Below are positions 52,679 through 64,000 of a stretch of 64,000 bases of DNA, one piece after another; the first letter of the stretch is position 1, and the number at the start of each line of letters is the position of its first letter. Source of the stretch: Tubiluchus corallicola (lineage: Eukaryota > Animalia > Priapulida). Both the position numbers and the translations under genes were made by a program. Location of the stretch: contig JAQGDQ010000039.1 of assembly GCA_030141605.1 (NCBI GenBank), forward strand, positions 1 to 64,000, in the 5' to 3' direction. The notes under the pieces were generated by a model. It searched no databases. It worked only from the letters and a program-made list of their open reading frames with translations, and was not told the origin of the DNA.

Positions 52679-54774
52679 GTTATGAAAACTAGATCATGGT
52701 TTACGGTTTCTCTCACAAGTCGCTCTCAGCATTGTTGATCTGTGGAATGTGTTCACTGATGAAGAAAAAACTATTTAAAACACTTACTGAGCAATAAGCA
52801 TTTCGCTTATATTGCATTGTCTGTTTGTTTAAAATCATATATCTGAGACGTTCTAGAATAATAGTTAAACAAAGCAAAAACAAAGTTGGAATAATTTAAT
52901 AAGCCTTTTCACAATTTCATTGTGCGCAGGCACAGTTGCTGTAGATCAAAGGTTAAGTGAGTCACAGCAACGCGTCTTAACTGCAACCTGCACCTGACTT
53001 GTGTGTAAAGCAAAGCCGTCTCCGTCTCCTGCATCAGTTCAGTAAGTTCTGTTGCGGCGCCATTTCCTTGTTTTTTACGTGGACTTTACTTGATTATGCA
53101 TTTTCTGTGCGTAGAGTGTTTTGCTAGCAGAATTTTGTTTGAGAACAAGAAAAAATGAATTAGGTAAAGTTCTAGCTAGCTGTTAAACTGTTACCGATTC
53201 AACAGCATGGGCTGCAAGGCGTTGTCAAAGTGTACACAAATGCGTTGTCTGGTACACTTAACCTTTGACCTTTTCCCAAGAATCATCAATCGCTGAAAGT
53301 GTGTAAAGGCTTATTGAACGTAATGTGAGACAAGAAGGTACAATTGAGGAAAAAGATACTTGAAAGGTGTTCTACGGCTGGGAGATATCTGGTTGATAAA
53401 CCAAGACCCTTCCTTAAAAGGTGGATATATTATATATGTACAATACTGAATTAAAAGCAAGAACTGGAACTTTTGGAAATAAATGGTGTAGAAAATGCCC
53501 TTCTTTTACGTTCCGTGTAGCACTTCTACCATTGGTCATTGATGAATAAATTTAACAAAAAACTTTTGCGAGGGGGAAAATGGGCGCCCCCCTTCTGATA
53601 TCCGGGGTAAGCGCTAGTTTCAAACAAGACAGACAACCTGCAAATAATAAACGCGACAGGCGAAAACAAATGCTTCTGACACAGATTTTGCTCAGAACTC
53701 TAAACGCTTTTATTAAAACGTGTAAAGATACAAAATAACACAAAACTCTTGTAAAAAAATTAACACAAAAGGGAAGAGGTATTGGAGTTCTAATCAACAA
53801 AGCTTTTTAAATAATAGCTAAAATGTGTCTGGTGTACAGTACCAAAGGTACGTACGTAATTAGTATTTCCAACATTCAGTACACCAGGTTGGAAATTAAT
53901 GTTTTATTAATTGAAAATTAAATATAAAAATTTAAAAAGAAATATAAAGCAATGATTTTCAATAAATACAATATTTTTTAACATCCTATACTTACTGCAG
54001 CAGCTATACCACAATCCCAGTACAGCTTATGCAAAAAGGATATCATTGATTAATGGTTAGAGCTGAAGTAAACATCGGTCAACCTACTGTCTTTTTTCCA
54101 GTCCACTAACACATCCTTCTTCCGGTCCTGTGTGATACAGCCTTTTTCCTTGTTCTTTATTTGTTCACATATTAATTCCTTTTTTATCTCGTTCACATAA
54201 CAGTGCGCATACAAGCCTTTGATTCTCTAGCCCACTGCAGTACAATTATTCTTTTATGGCAACGTATGAAACACAATATTATTGATACTATGAACATAAC
54301 ATAGTATGAAGTAACAATTTTGATAGTTTGTCGCTATGTATTGAATGTCAGTATTGCGCTGAATGTGATAATAATGAATATCAAAAACTTCAAACTTCAG
54401 TGTACATAATTTTAGCTATAATGATTTACAACTTTATGACTGCATAAAGGCAACTCGTTTTAGTTGCACTTAGACAAATTACCAATATCGCAAAATTCCC
54501 TGCAAAATGTATGTAACAAATGGATTTACCTGTACTTGGTTTAGTTTGCGTATTTTAAGAGTTATTTTCTGAAGGAGGCCAGTGTATATATTGGCTGAGT
54601 AAGAGCTAAGTTGTTGCTTGCTGACACCTGGTGCATAGAAACGAAAATACATCATAAGAAAAGTGCCTATTTTAAATAACAGACGCATTTTGGCAAAATC
54701 AAGTTCATTTTCACATACCTAAGTTCGTTTATAGATAACGCTTGCTTAAAGCACAACAAAACAGTTCGTAAATA

Positions 54775-55190
54775 AAACTTAAAAAATCGTCTTGAAATTT
54801 TATATCACTTACCGGGCTTGCGTTAGCAGTAACGCTGTATTAATATAAAACTTGCAATTTAAACTCCAGTAATGACTGTTAGGCGTAATCACTTTAACGC
54901 CAAGTTTATAGACAACTGCGTAAAGTTTGAAAAAATAATCACAACATTCGTAGCACGCTCTTCACTATCAAAGCAAAAGTTTAATTTGTCAATAAGAATA
55001 ATAATGTGTATTTTGGTGAGCAGTGGTGTACACTAGGATGATGATAGGGTGACATTTTAAGTTGTTAAGAATTTTTTCCAGTTACGTAAGACTTTCAAGC
55101 AGGTAAGCGTAATCATAAGTAATATAACTTTGTATGGAAAGTTCATTGGAATGTGCATTAAAATTCCCTTTTCTTCCCATTTAAATGAAG
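54775..55190 (-). mobile_element. Dispersed repeat family A, copy 3
   Basis: Inverted homolog of 29700-30190. Confidence 0.72.
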
Positions 55191-55680
55191 ATAAGCCTCA
55201 AGATTACATAGTAGTCAATCATATTTAAAAAGAAGTTACAAGACATTGTTAAAAGTAGTACCGATACATCTGTTTTTTACCTTCTTTGACATAAAGTAAT
55301 TTCCGGACAGTAAATTGAACGCAATGTTCAGTTAAACTATTTAATCGCTAGGGCATTATTTGAACAATTTGTTGTCTTTTAATTGCTAGCTTGAGATTTT
55401 CTCAGGACAGAAATACATTGCTTATTGTCATTTTTCAGCTGCTTAGAAGCCACTTGTTTATTGTTTCAACTAACGTGCATTGGCGTACAATAACAATGTT
55501 TAAAGGAAAAGCCTAGCGTTTTCAGACAGTTTTTAGTACATAGTAGCAAAATGCTGTCTATGTGTGGTAAATATGATTTTTGTTAATTTTAGAATTCTGT
55601 AACTTCTTTCATGTAAATCATTGTTCCTTGTAGGACTTGTTTCTGGGTAATGAATTACGTTTAACGTTAGAATTTCCTGC

Positions 55681-55747
55681 GATGAACTTGTTCACAACTT
55701 TCCATGATGAACCTGTTCACAACTTGCTATGATGAACCTGTTCACAT
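55681..55747. repeat. About three copies of a 25-bp tandem repeat (gatgaacctgttcacaact...)
   Basis: Direct read. Confidence 0.8.
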
Positions 55748-56114
55748 TGTTGCTAATACATAAGTCTCTCTTAATTAAACTAGTAAGTGTTCGAAGTGTG
55801 AAATTATGAAAGTGTAGCTGTCTATATTTGCTAAATTACTTTGATCGTGACATAGATATAAGTGCGTGTTGCAGGGTGCTTTTAACTGGGGTGTTACATT
55901 ACATTGTGATTAATAGTTACTTAGCATGAATCCTAGGGCACAAGGCCAAAGTATGAAAGCGAGCAACTGCCTTTCCCTCGTTTCACACGATAAGTGCCAT
56001 GCTGACTAGCTATAATCCTCATCTTTGGTTAGGGAATGTTCGAAGCAAATCACTGTAATTATTGAATAACATCAGTCAAGTCGTTCGTTGCTTGTTTGTT
56101 CATTTGTTTACTAC

Positions 56115-56128
56115 GTCTCCATAGCAAC
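56115..56128. promoter_or_regulatory. RFX X-box consensus match GTCTCCATAGCAAC
   Basis: Matches GTYNCYATRGYAAC. Function is unproven. Confidence 0.35.
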
Positions 56129-56447
56129 GACAAGTGTATACTTTGTTACGGCGAGGATCTTAAATTATGTTTTGAATCCTATAATAAATTATGTTTAAAT
56201 TTAAACAATGAAATTAAAAACCGTCATTTAATAGGTCTAACTCGTAACTCTCATTTACAAGACAAAGGTTTTTCAATAGGATACCGAAGGAATAAGAATT
56301 TAGCGGAACACAGCCTTATGATAAAGGGGTAGGAGTGAGTTGCTCGTCGCCCAAACCCCGAAGCATTGTTATATTAGTACGAAATTTATGAATTGATAAT
56401 GTTGTAATTGTTTTAATAATCCAAAATATTAGTTCAGTTTATATTAT

Positions 56448-57530
56448 TTGTGCATATTCATAAGTGCTCAACACATTTCCATTTTCTTCTATGTGCATTC
56501 ATTACGTGCTCAGCCACATTTCCATTTTCTTCTATGTGCATTTATTACGTGCTCAGCCACATTTCCATTTTCTTCTATGTGCATTTATTACGTGCTCAGC
56601 CACATTTCATTTTCTTCTATGTACATTCATTACGTGCTCAGCCACATTTTCATTTTCTTCTATGTGCATTCATTACGTGCTCAGCCACATTTTCATTTTC
56701 TTCTATGTGCATTCATTACGTGCTCAGCCACATTTCCATTTTCTTCTATGTACATTCATTACGTGCGCAGCCACATTTTCATTTTCTTCTATGTACATTC
56801 ATTACGTGCTCAGCACATTTCCATTTTCTTCTATGTGCATTCATTACGTGCTCAGCCACATTTCCATTTTTTTCTATGTACATTCATTACGTGCTCAGCC
56901 ACATTTTCATTCTCTTCTATGTACGTTCATTACGTGCTCAGCCACATTTTCATTTTCTTCTATGTGCATTCATTACGTGCTCAGCTACATGTCCATTTTC
57001 TTCTATTTACATTCATTACGTGCTCAGCCACATTTCCATTTTCTTCTATGTACATTCATTACGTGCTCAGCACACCATTTTCTTCTATGTGCATTCATTA
57101 CGTGCTCAGCACATTTCCATTTTCTTCTATGTGCATTCATTACCTGCTCAGCCACATTTCCATTTTCTTCTATGTGCATTCATTACGTGCTCTGCACATT
57201 TCCATTTTCTTCTATGTGCATTCATTACGCGCTCAGCACATTTCCATTTTCTTCTATGTGCATTCATTACGTGCTCAGCACATTTCCATTTTCTTCTATG
57301 TGCATTCATTACGTGCTCAACACATTTCCATTTTATTCTGTGTACATTCATTACGTGCTCAACACATTTCCATTTTATTCTGTGTACATTCATTATGTGC
57401 TCAGGACATGGTTATTTACTTCCATGTACATTCATTACGTACTCGGCTATTTTCTTCTATATACATGCATTACGTGCTCAGCACATGGTTATTTTCTTTT
57501 ACGTGCAATCATTATGTGCCTAGCACATGT
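56448..57530. repeat. 42-43-bp minisatellite, about 25 copies (cattcattacgtgctcagccacatttccattttcttctatgtg)
   Basis: Direct read; homogeneous in the centre and decayed at the right end. Confidence 0.95.
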
Positions 57531-57865
57531 ATCGAAGAGATATCTGTATCACACTACGTGAAAAAACGTATTTGTTCGACATTTTTGGGAAACACTAGAT
57601 ATTTGTAAAATCATCACCCACTATCACAGATCTCAGGCCTGCAGCCTTATGGTGTCTGAGCAGCCGAGGATGAGCAAAAAGACACGTCATTTAGCGTGTT
57701 TGTTTATTTTACTGCTGTCACTACAGGTTAGAAAAATATAACAAAGGAATTTGCAAAGAAAGTCTCAATAAAACATAGCGTTACCTAAACAACACCTGTA
57801 TTATAATATTAAGGCGCGATGGGAGCCCACGTTCATTTGGAAACTATGATACAGTTAGCTGAGTT

Positions 57866-59200
57866 CATTTATTTATTTACTTGGTATTTTATGAGGGTAA
57901 CTCCCCCTTAGTGCTTAGCACTGCTTTCCAAGGAGGCCCTCAAATATATACATATATACAGATATACACACAATACTCATGCAAATACATTACAATAGGC
58001 TGCGTTTATGATTGTCTAGCACAATAAGATAATTATCAGGTAGTAAATATAATCATAACTAGCATTAAAGGAAACAAAAAATTAAATTAATTACAAAATA
58101 AATCAAGTAACAGGATAAATAACTGTAACTTATACCTGACATTAGGCTATTCAATACACAAAAAACAAGTTTTAGCAAAACTTTTGAAAGTATCTAAAGT
58201 TGGTGCGTCCCTCATATAATTTGGAAGAGTGTTCCAAAGCATAGCCCCGGTGTAATAAAATGTACGCTTACAATGCTCAAACTTAATAACTTTTACATAT
58301 AACTGATCAGATGACAATAATTGTGTTTCTGTGACACGGTTATGAATTGTGGTAAATTGAAAGTTCTGACTCAGATATAATGGGGTAATGTTATTTAAAC
58401 ATTTGTACACCATTACTGCTTTCAAATAATCTCTTCTTTGTTTATTTTCAATAATTTTAATTCATCATACATGTCATTTACATGGTAATCTCGTGTACTA
58501 CAATTCAGATTTATTCCCAATGCTCTGTTCTGTAATTTTTAACGCGGTCAATGTGTTCATCAAATGTGGTAAATTTTAAGGGTATACTGAGGGACATACC
58601 GACCTTTTTAGGAACCCAGATTTTCTGTGATATTTTACCAGCAATTTTGTCAACACGTTTGTTCCAGTTTAAATTGTGGTCAAAGTGAACTCCTAAATAT
58701 TTCATAGTACTGACAATTTCAGTTCGAATTTTACTTAAATAATAAATTAAATTCACTAATGTTTTGTAATTTCCTACTTGTCCCGAACAACACTGCTTTA
58801 GTTTTGTTCATATTTAAAGTTAGCTAATTGTCATTCATCCACATTGCGATATTACTGAGGTCATTATAAAAATCATTTCTGAGAGTGGTTAAACAATTTG
58901 AATTTGACATAATAATATTTGACATAAAAAGGGCCTAAAATGAAGTCTCGTGGTATTCTTACAGACATTTTACAAAATCTAGACATGCACTATTCACAAC
59001 AGCACCTTGCTCTATCATACAAGTAGTTTGAAAACCATGTCAATGATTGATGTTTTTGATGCAAAACGGTTTTCAAGTTTCTGAATTAATATTTGGTGAT
59101 TTACGGTGTCAAACGCCTTTTTTAAATCTAGGAAGATCACACTTGTATATTCACAATTATCTATATTTGTTAAAATGTAATCTGTAACGTGATTTTATTA
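57866..59200 (-). mobile_element. 5'-truncated, degenerate CR1/L2-type LINE
   Basis: Minus strand FLDLKKAFDTVNHQILIQKL, MKYLGVHFDHNLNW and GAMLWNTLP; 3' stem-loop gagggcctcc...accctc and a (taaa)n tail. Confidence 0.85.
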
Positions 59201-62200
59201 ATACACAACATATTCATCACACTTTTATTGCTGAACCTTTCTAACGATCTTTCGTGAACATTCTAATAAATCTAACTTTCCCAGAGGTTTTGCTTTTTGT
59301 TTAAATTTGCCCATTTGTTTGCGTAGTATTTCTGTGCGGTCATACACGTCACAGTTATGTACTTGAACTTTACTTCCGGGACTTATAACACCCTAGCGTC
59401 CTTTTCACGCCCATGGAGCTCGTTTTATTTGTATTCTAAGCAAATAAAAGCAATAATAAGAGTCATAATGAACAGTTAGAAGCCAGACTATAGCCATTCT
59501 CGGTTTCAGATTTTTCTTTCGAATTCACTTATCGGTTTCAGGTGTCTGACACACGTCTTGTTGATGTCAGCTTTGTGCAGACACTGTGTAATTAGCACAC
59601 ACTTGTGTCGCAACATCTGTGAAATACAATTTCATTTCACTGAGTTGTTAACTTTAAAGACGCGCGACTTGATGACTTTTTAAAAATGGCGTTTACAACC
59701 GAGACACGAGTGAAAATGTGGCGCTACCTATAGCTCAGTTGTTCGTTCCTCAGAATTCGTAATCTCTTTTCAAAAGTTGAGCTAACTTTGACACTAATAG
59801 CGTGAAAAAGGTATGGCGATGACGATGGCGATGACGACGGTGACTTTATGAAACCATTTTCAGCGGTGTAAACGTTTAACCATTACCACTGCTCAGCGCG
59901 CTTTAGCTATTGATCTGTTTCTTGTTTTGTTGCATGGATCGCGGCTCAGTAACAATGCCAACATCACTCTAATATAAACATTTTTTGGTAACAATGTACA
60001 AAACTTTTAGCTAAAATATGATTAATTTGAACGTGAATTAAATTAAAACGTGAAAAAGTTCGTATTTTCTGGAAAATTCTATAATGAAATAAAAAAGACA
60101 GCGCTATGACTAGATTTCATGGGTGTAATTCGAGCCCATTTTTTATTAGGGTTAAGTTACTTTTTCCACTATTTACGACGTTTCAGCATCAGGATCCGTC
60201 ATCATCGACTCTTCGTCATTGAAATCTCAAAGTAAGTTAGGCAAATCTTGTAAGGCGATTCTTAAATAAACTTAAATATACAAGTAGGCATAAATAAATT
60301 ATCACTTGTTTCACAAGCAGTCAAGAAGTATCTTTCCTTTGTACATTCAGACTTTGCGGTTTAACTGGCAGAAACTGTTTACTATTTATTGACAAAAACA
60401 TTGCTGAAGTTCAACTAAGTCGTGGATATTATTCCTCCACACTAGTGTAATATACATCGATAATGATTTTTACCATCTATATAAATTAATTGTGTTTTGT
60501 TTTGTACAGCTACAATATTCCTTTGTAAGGAAATTTTGTCTCTATTATACGTCTCTTCCGTTGTCGATTTAAACTGTTTCTTTTATTTGTTGACGATGTA
60601 TTATGGTGTTTATTTTTAATGGAGGTTCAATAAACAAACGTATGTACATAATGGTGATCTTCCTATTGCAGCAGTGGGAAAATAGTTTTCCTTTTTCTGT
60701 TAAACGTTCCACTGATGTTGCTATGCTTTCAAAGTAAACTTAAAAACGTGCTAATAATATGAACACCAACAATGCAAGAAACATGATGCAGAACTTTATT
60801 TGGTACATTTCCGCTGTGCAAGCAGCTTTCAGCTGCTTATTTTGTTTACGTAGGTTTAGTTGGCTGTTGCGCAGCCAAAAAGTACCAAAAGTTCCTGCGT
60901 CTTGTCATTTACAACGTTCGTGTTCACATTTTTCCCACCCAATAGAAGCTTGCTTATTTATTTCGCCTTAACAGTTAAATTGGGTTTTTAACGTTGTTCT
61001 TTATGACGCACGACAGTTTTATTGTTTCAAATCTCTCGTGTTTATTAATTTGATACTGTAGTATTATTGTTGTAGAACAGCACTGGTGTATTTGTAATAT
61101 ACAACGGCTCTTTAAAATTATTGCCAACAAAATAAAATTATTATTATCAGAAGTACTGTTTATAAAGGAATGATTTTTTTCACAAAAGATTCCTTTTACT
61201 AGCCAGCTAATGCACTTTTTATCATCATGTTATTATTGTGATCATTCAATACCCATAGGCAATACTGAATAATATTAGGAGACTAAAAGCAGCTTGGACT
61301 ACGCTATACATATCGTTATTCTCCTGAGAGTAGCACCTAATGTAGAAAAATACATTAATAATTACTCAGACGGTAGTTCTATTGTGCTTGCCGGCCTGGA
61401 CGTTATTATAAGCTTTGAGGAGAATACGTCACCTCTACTTTGAAAGAGGCGAACAAAACGGCCCCCTCGAGTTTATTGCTGATGTGTGAAGAATTCTTCT
61501 GTTTATTTACAAGTAATTATGAATAATTCTGCATTCATCCAAATTGCACTTAAGACTTGATAGGAAATGAAAAGATCCAACGCAATTCCAATATCCTTTT
61601 TGAACCACCCCCATCAACGGCAAGAGATTAGATGTGCGGATTTTGACGGATCGTTGTTCTGCTAAAGTACTAAATGCTACTATTAAATACTTTCAGCAGT
61701 GACTGAAAAAATGCACGAACGTTAAAATTAAAATTAGATAACATTTGCAATCAAGTGAATTTTGCAAATCTTTGTTGGAATAAATAAGAATTATTATTGA
61801 TGAGAATTTTACCGAGATTTTACCAAATTTTGGTAGAAAAGAAATGGGTACTGTGTTATACTGAGATTAGTGTCGTTGTCTATGAGTTCGTCAATTTAAA
61901 TAATTGTTAGAAATGAATTTAGCTGCAGCTATTAGTTAAATTAGCCTAATTTGCAAGTTATGGTAATAACTACAAAATGCTCTTCTCTTTATGACACCAT
62001 GATTGTTTCAAGCTCAGTGCCTCACAAAGAGTTGAATGCGTTCATGACAAAGGAAGTGTGTGGATAATTCACTAACAGCCCACAAGTGCTGTTATAATTG
62101 CTAGTGTTCTATTGATGTAATGTAATTGTTATTGTGTGAAAAAATTAAGTGTAATGAAAATGTAATGTGACCATAATTGTACGCTGGTGAAAAACGAATC

Positions 62201-62399
62201 TGAATCTGAATCTCTGAATCTGAAGGGAATCTGAATGAGCATGACTATTGCAGAACACCGTATCTGCCTTCGTCACCTTCAATCTCATTCAGAAACGACT
62301 CGTCATCATAATTTGGATAAAACTGGTGCCAAACTTAGAGGTTAGAGCCAATCAAAAATTAGAAGTGACGTAAAGCATAAGTGAACTGCGTACAAGTAA

Positions 62400-62613
62400 A
62401 ACAGAAACAGAGAAGAAAGAAAGAAAAAAGAAGAAAAAAAGATAAGCAAGCAGGAAGGAAAGACGGAAGGAAGGAAGGAAGGAGAAAAGATATAAAGGAA
62501 AGGAGAGGAAAAAGGAATCAATGAAAGGAAAGAAATGAAGACGTAAAAAAGAAAAGGAGCAAAAAGACAGACAGAGAGGGGCGTTAGGTAGGGAGGCAGT
62601 GAGAGAGAGATAG

Positions 62614-62672
<59 letters not shown>

Positions 62673-62674
62673 GA

Positions 62675-62756
<82 letters not shown>

Positions 62757-62940
62757 TGGAGAGAGAGAGAGAGAGGGGGGGAAAGAGGAGAGAGAAATGG
62801 AGATATAGAAAGAATGCGTAAAAGCAGACAAAGAAAGCAAAGGGCGCAAGGACGAGAAGAAGAAGAAAGAAAGTGGTAACCAGCTAAATAAACAGGCAGG
62901 GGAAAGGAAAGGGGCAAAGAAAGACAATGAAAAGAACAAC
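62400..62940. repeat. Purine-rich tract with (GA)n microsatellite
   Basis: Direct read. Confidence 0.92.
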
Positions 62941-63279
62941 GAAACACATCACCAAAGAAACAATATTTTACTGGGATATGTGGTTGGATGACTTAAGGGT
63001 TTCACTGCCGATTGCTTCTTCCAATTAGAAATAATCTGACAACGAAAAAAAAAAAATCGGCGAATTATTCACATCATTGTCTGATAGTAAAATATTACAT
63101 ATCTTTGACCCCTTGTTAGGCCCTCAGCTAAGTTAATCAGCCGTTTAGCAGATCCAGCTTCCATTGTTCTTTTTTTGCGAAGAAAGACGAGTATGCAGTA
63201 TAAACGTGCTGGTATGCTGATCAAAACACAAAACAAAAAATGTAATACTTAGAATATCAAAGCACAAGAAAGCCCTCCA

Positions 63280-63495
63280 CTTACGTAAAGCTTAAAAAAT
63301 TCGTCTTGAAATTTTGTACTACTTACATACTGCCTTTTCGCATACAGGACTTGCGTCGGTAGTAACCTCTATAACGCTGTATAAAACACGTAAATTTAAA
63401 CTCCCGCGATGACCGTTAGACGCAGCCATTTTGATGATAAGTCATTAGAAGCAAGTTTAGATAACATTGTGTAAAACTTGAAAAAATAATCAGCT
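63280..63495 (-). mobile_element. Dispersed repeat family A, copy 4 (partial)
   Basis: attcgtcttgaaattt...tttaaactcccg...tgaccgttag...tgaaaaaataatcag, inverted relative to copies 1 and 2. Confidence 0.72.
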
Positions 63496-64000
63496 GTATA
63501 TATTACAAATAATAAAATGCAATGCGATTAGAATATCACGGGCAGAACGACGGTGTTAAGATTTATTGTGCAAAAAAAGAATAAATTTCATGTAACGAAT
63601 GCAGCTTTGTGTAACAAAAACGCTGCATTATGTAACAAGTCACAAAACTCGTCATTATGTAACAATTATTACATGTATGTAGCAATTTTTTGCCATTACA
63701 TAATGTACGCTCATTGTGGATCAAAAATAATGGGTCTTGAGGCTGGATTTGTTGTAGACTAAAAATTATGTGACTGGGTCTTGTCAGGGTTTGGGTTTGC
63801 TGTAAACTAAGTTGATTTCTTTCCTTTCAAGATGTGGTCTGGCTTCGGCTCGGCCTCGTCTGGTCTGTGACTGGTCTTGCCTAAGGTCTGATTTATCAGA
63901 GGTCGGAAATAAACTGACATAGTCTAATAATTAGAGCAAACTCAGACTGTGGTAAGACCCAATCACAGAGCATCGCCAACGTTAGTTACATAATCCATCA

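Noticed and set aside
56096-56332. Penelope-like element from the IGYRRNKNL motif
   Set aside because: Only one short motif; no RT or GIY-YIG sequence was seen.
55681-57530. CRISPR-like arrays (25-bp and 43-bp repeats)
   Set aside because: The repeats are head-to-tail with no unique spacers, no cas genes are present, and the context is eukaryotic.
62342-62947. About 200-aa Ser/Leu-rich ORFs on the minus strand
   Set aside because: Translation of a (GA)n purine tract.

Overview
AT-rich, intron- and repeat-rich animal genomic DNA, most likely an invertebrate; there is no prokaryotic, rRNA or CRISPR content. Most ORFs in the supplied track are spurious, and the real genes are spliced and were assembled here by eye. 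Genes seen: (1) a single minus-strand exon (897-1018) for the start of the SH2 domain of a Src42A/FRK-type tyrosine kinase, with no upstream SH3 exon found in the next 63 kb; (2) two plus-strand exons encoding an EGF domain and a Cys-capped short Gly-X-Y tail (9364-13762); (3) a two-exon secreted prepropeptide (18195-21386) whose C-terminal peptide aligns without gaps to CRH/urocortin/DH44-type hormones but has no amidation signal; (4) two tandem FAM166/CIMIP2-family ciliary microtubule inner protein genes (10 exons, 25714-39926; 7 exons, 42800-51132); (5) an intronless class A GPCR (37787-38719) nested on the same strand in the last intron of the first FAM166 gene; (6) a convergent secreted, probably GPI-anchored discoidin-like orphan with a single coding exon (51863-52678). 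Mobile and repeat DNA includes a near-perfect 817-bp inverted repeat, tail-to-tail CR1/L2 LINEs that form a perfect 148-bp palindrome on a (TA)n tract, a deleted Gypsy element with a tRNA-Leu PBS, a hAT MITE with an 8-bp TSD, a hAT transposase relic, foldback/palindromic MITEs, tRNA-derived SINE heads, minisatellites and many microsatellites. Exon models rest on GT-AG sites, phase consistency and motifs, not on transcript data.
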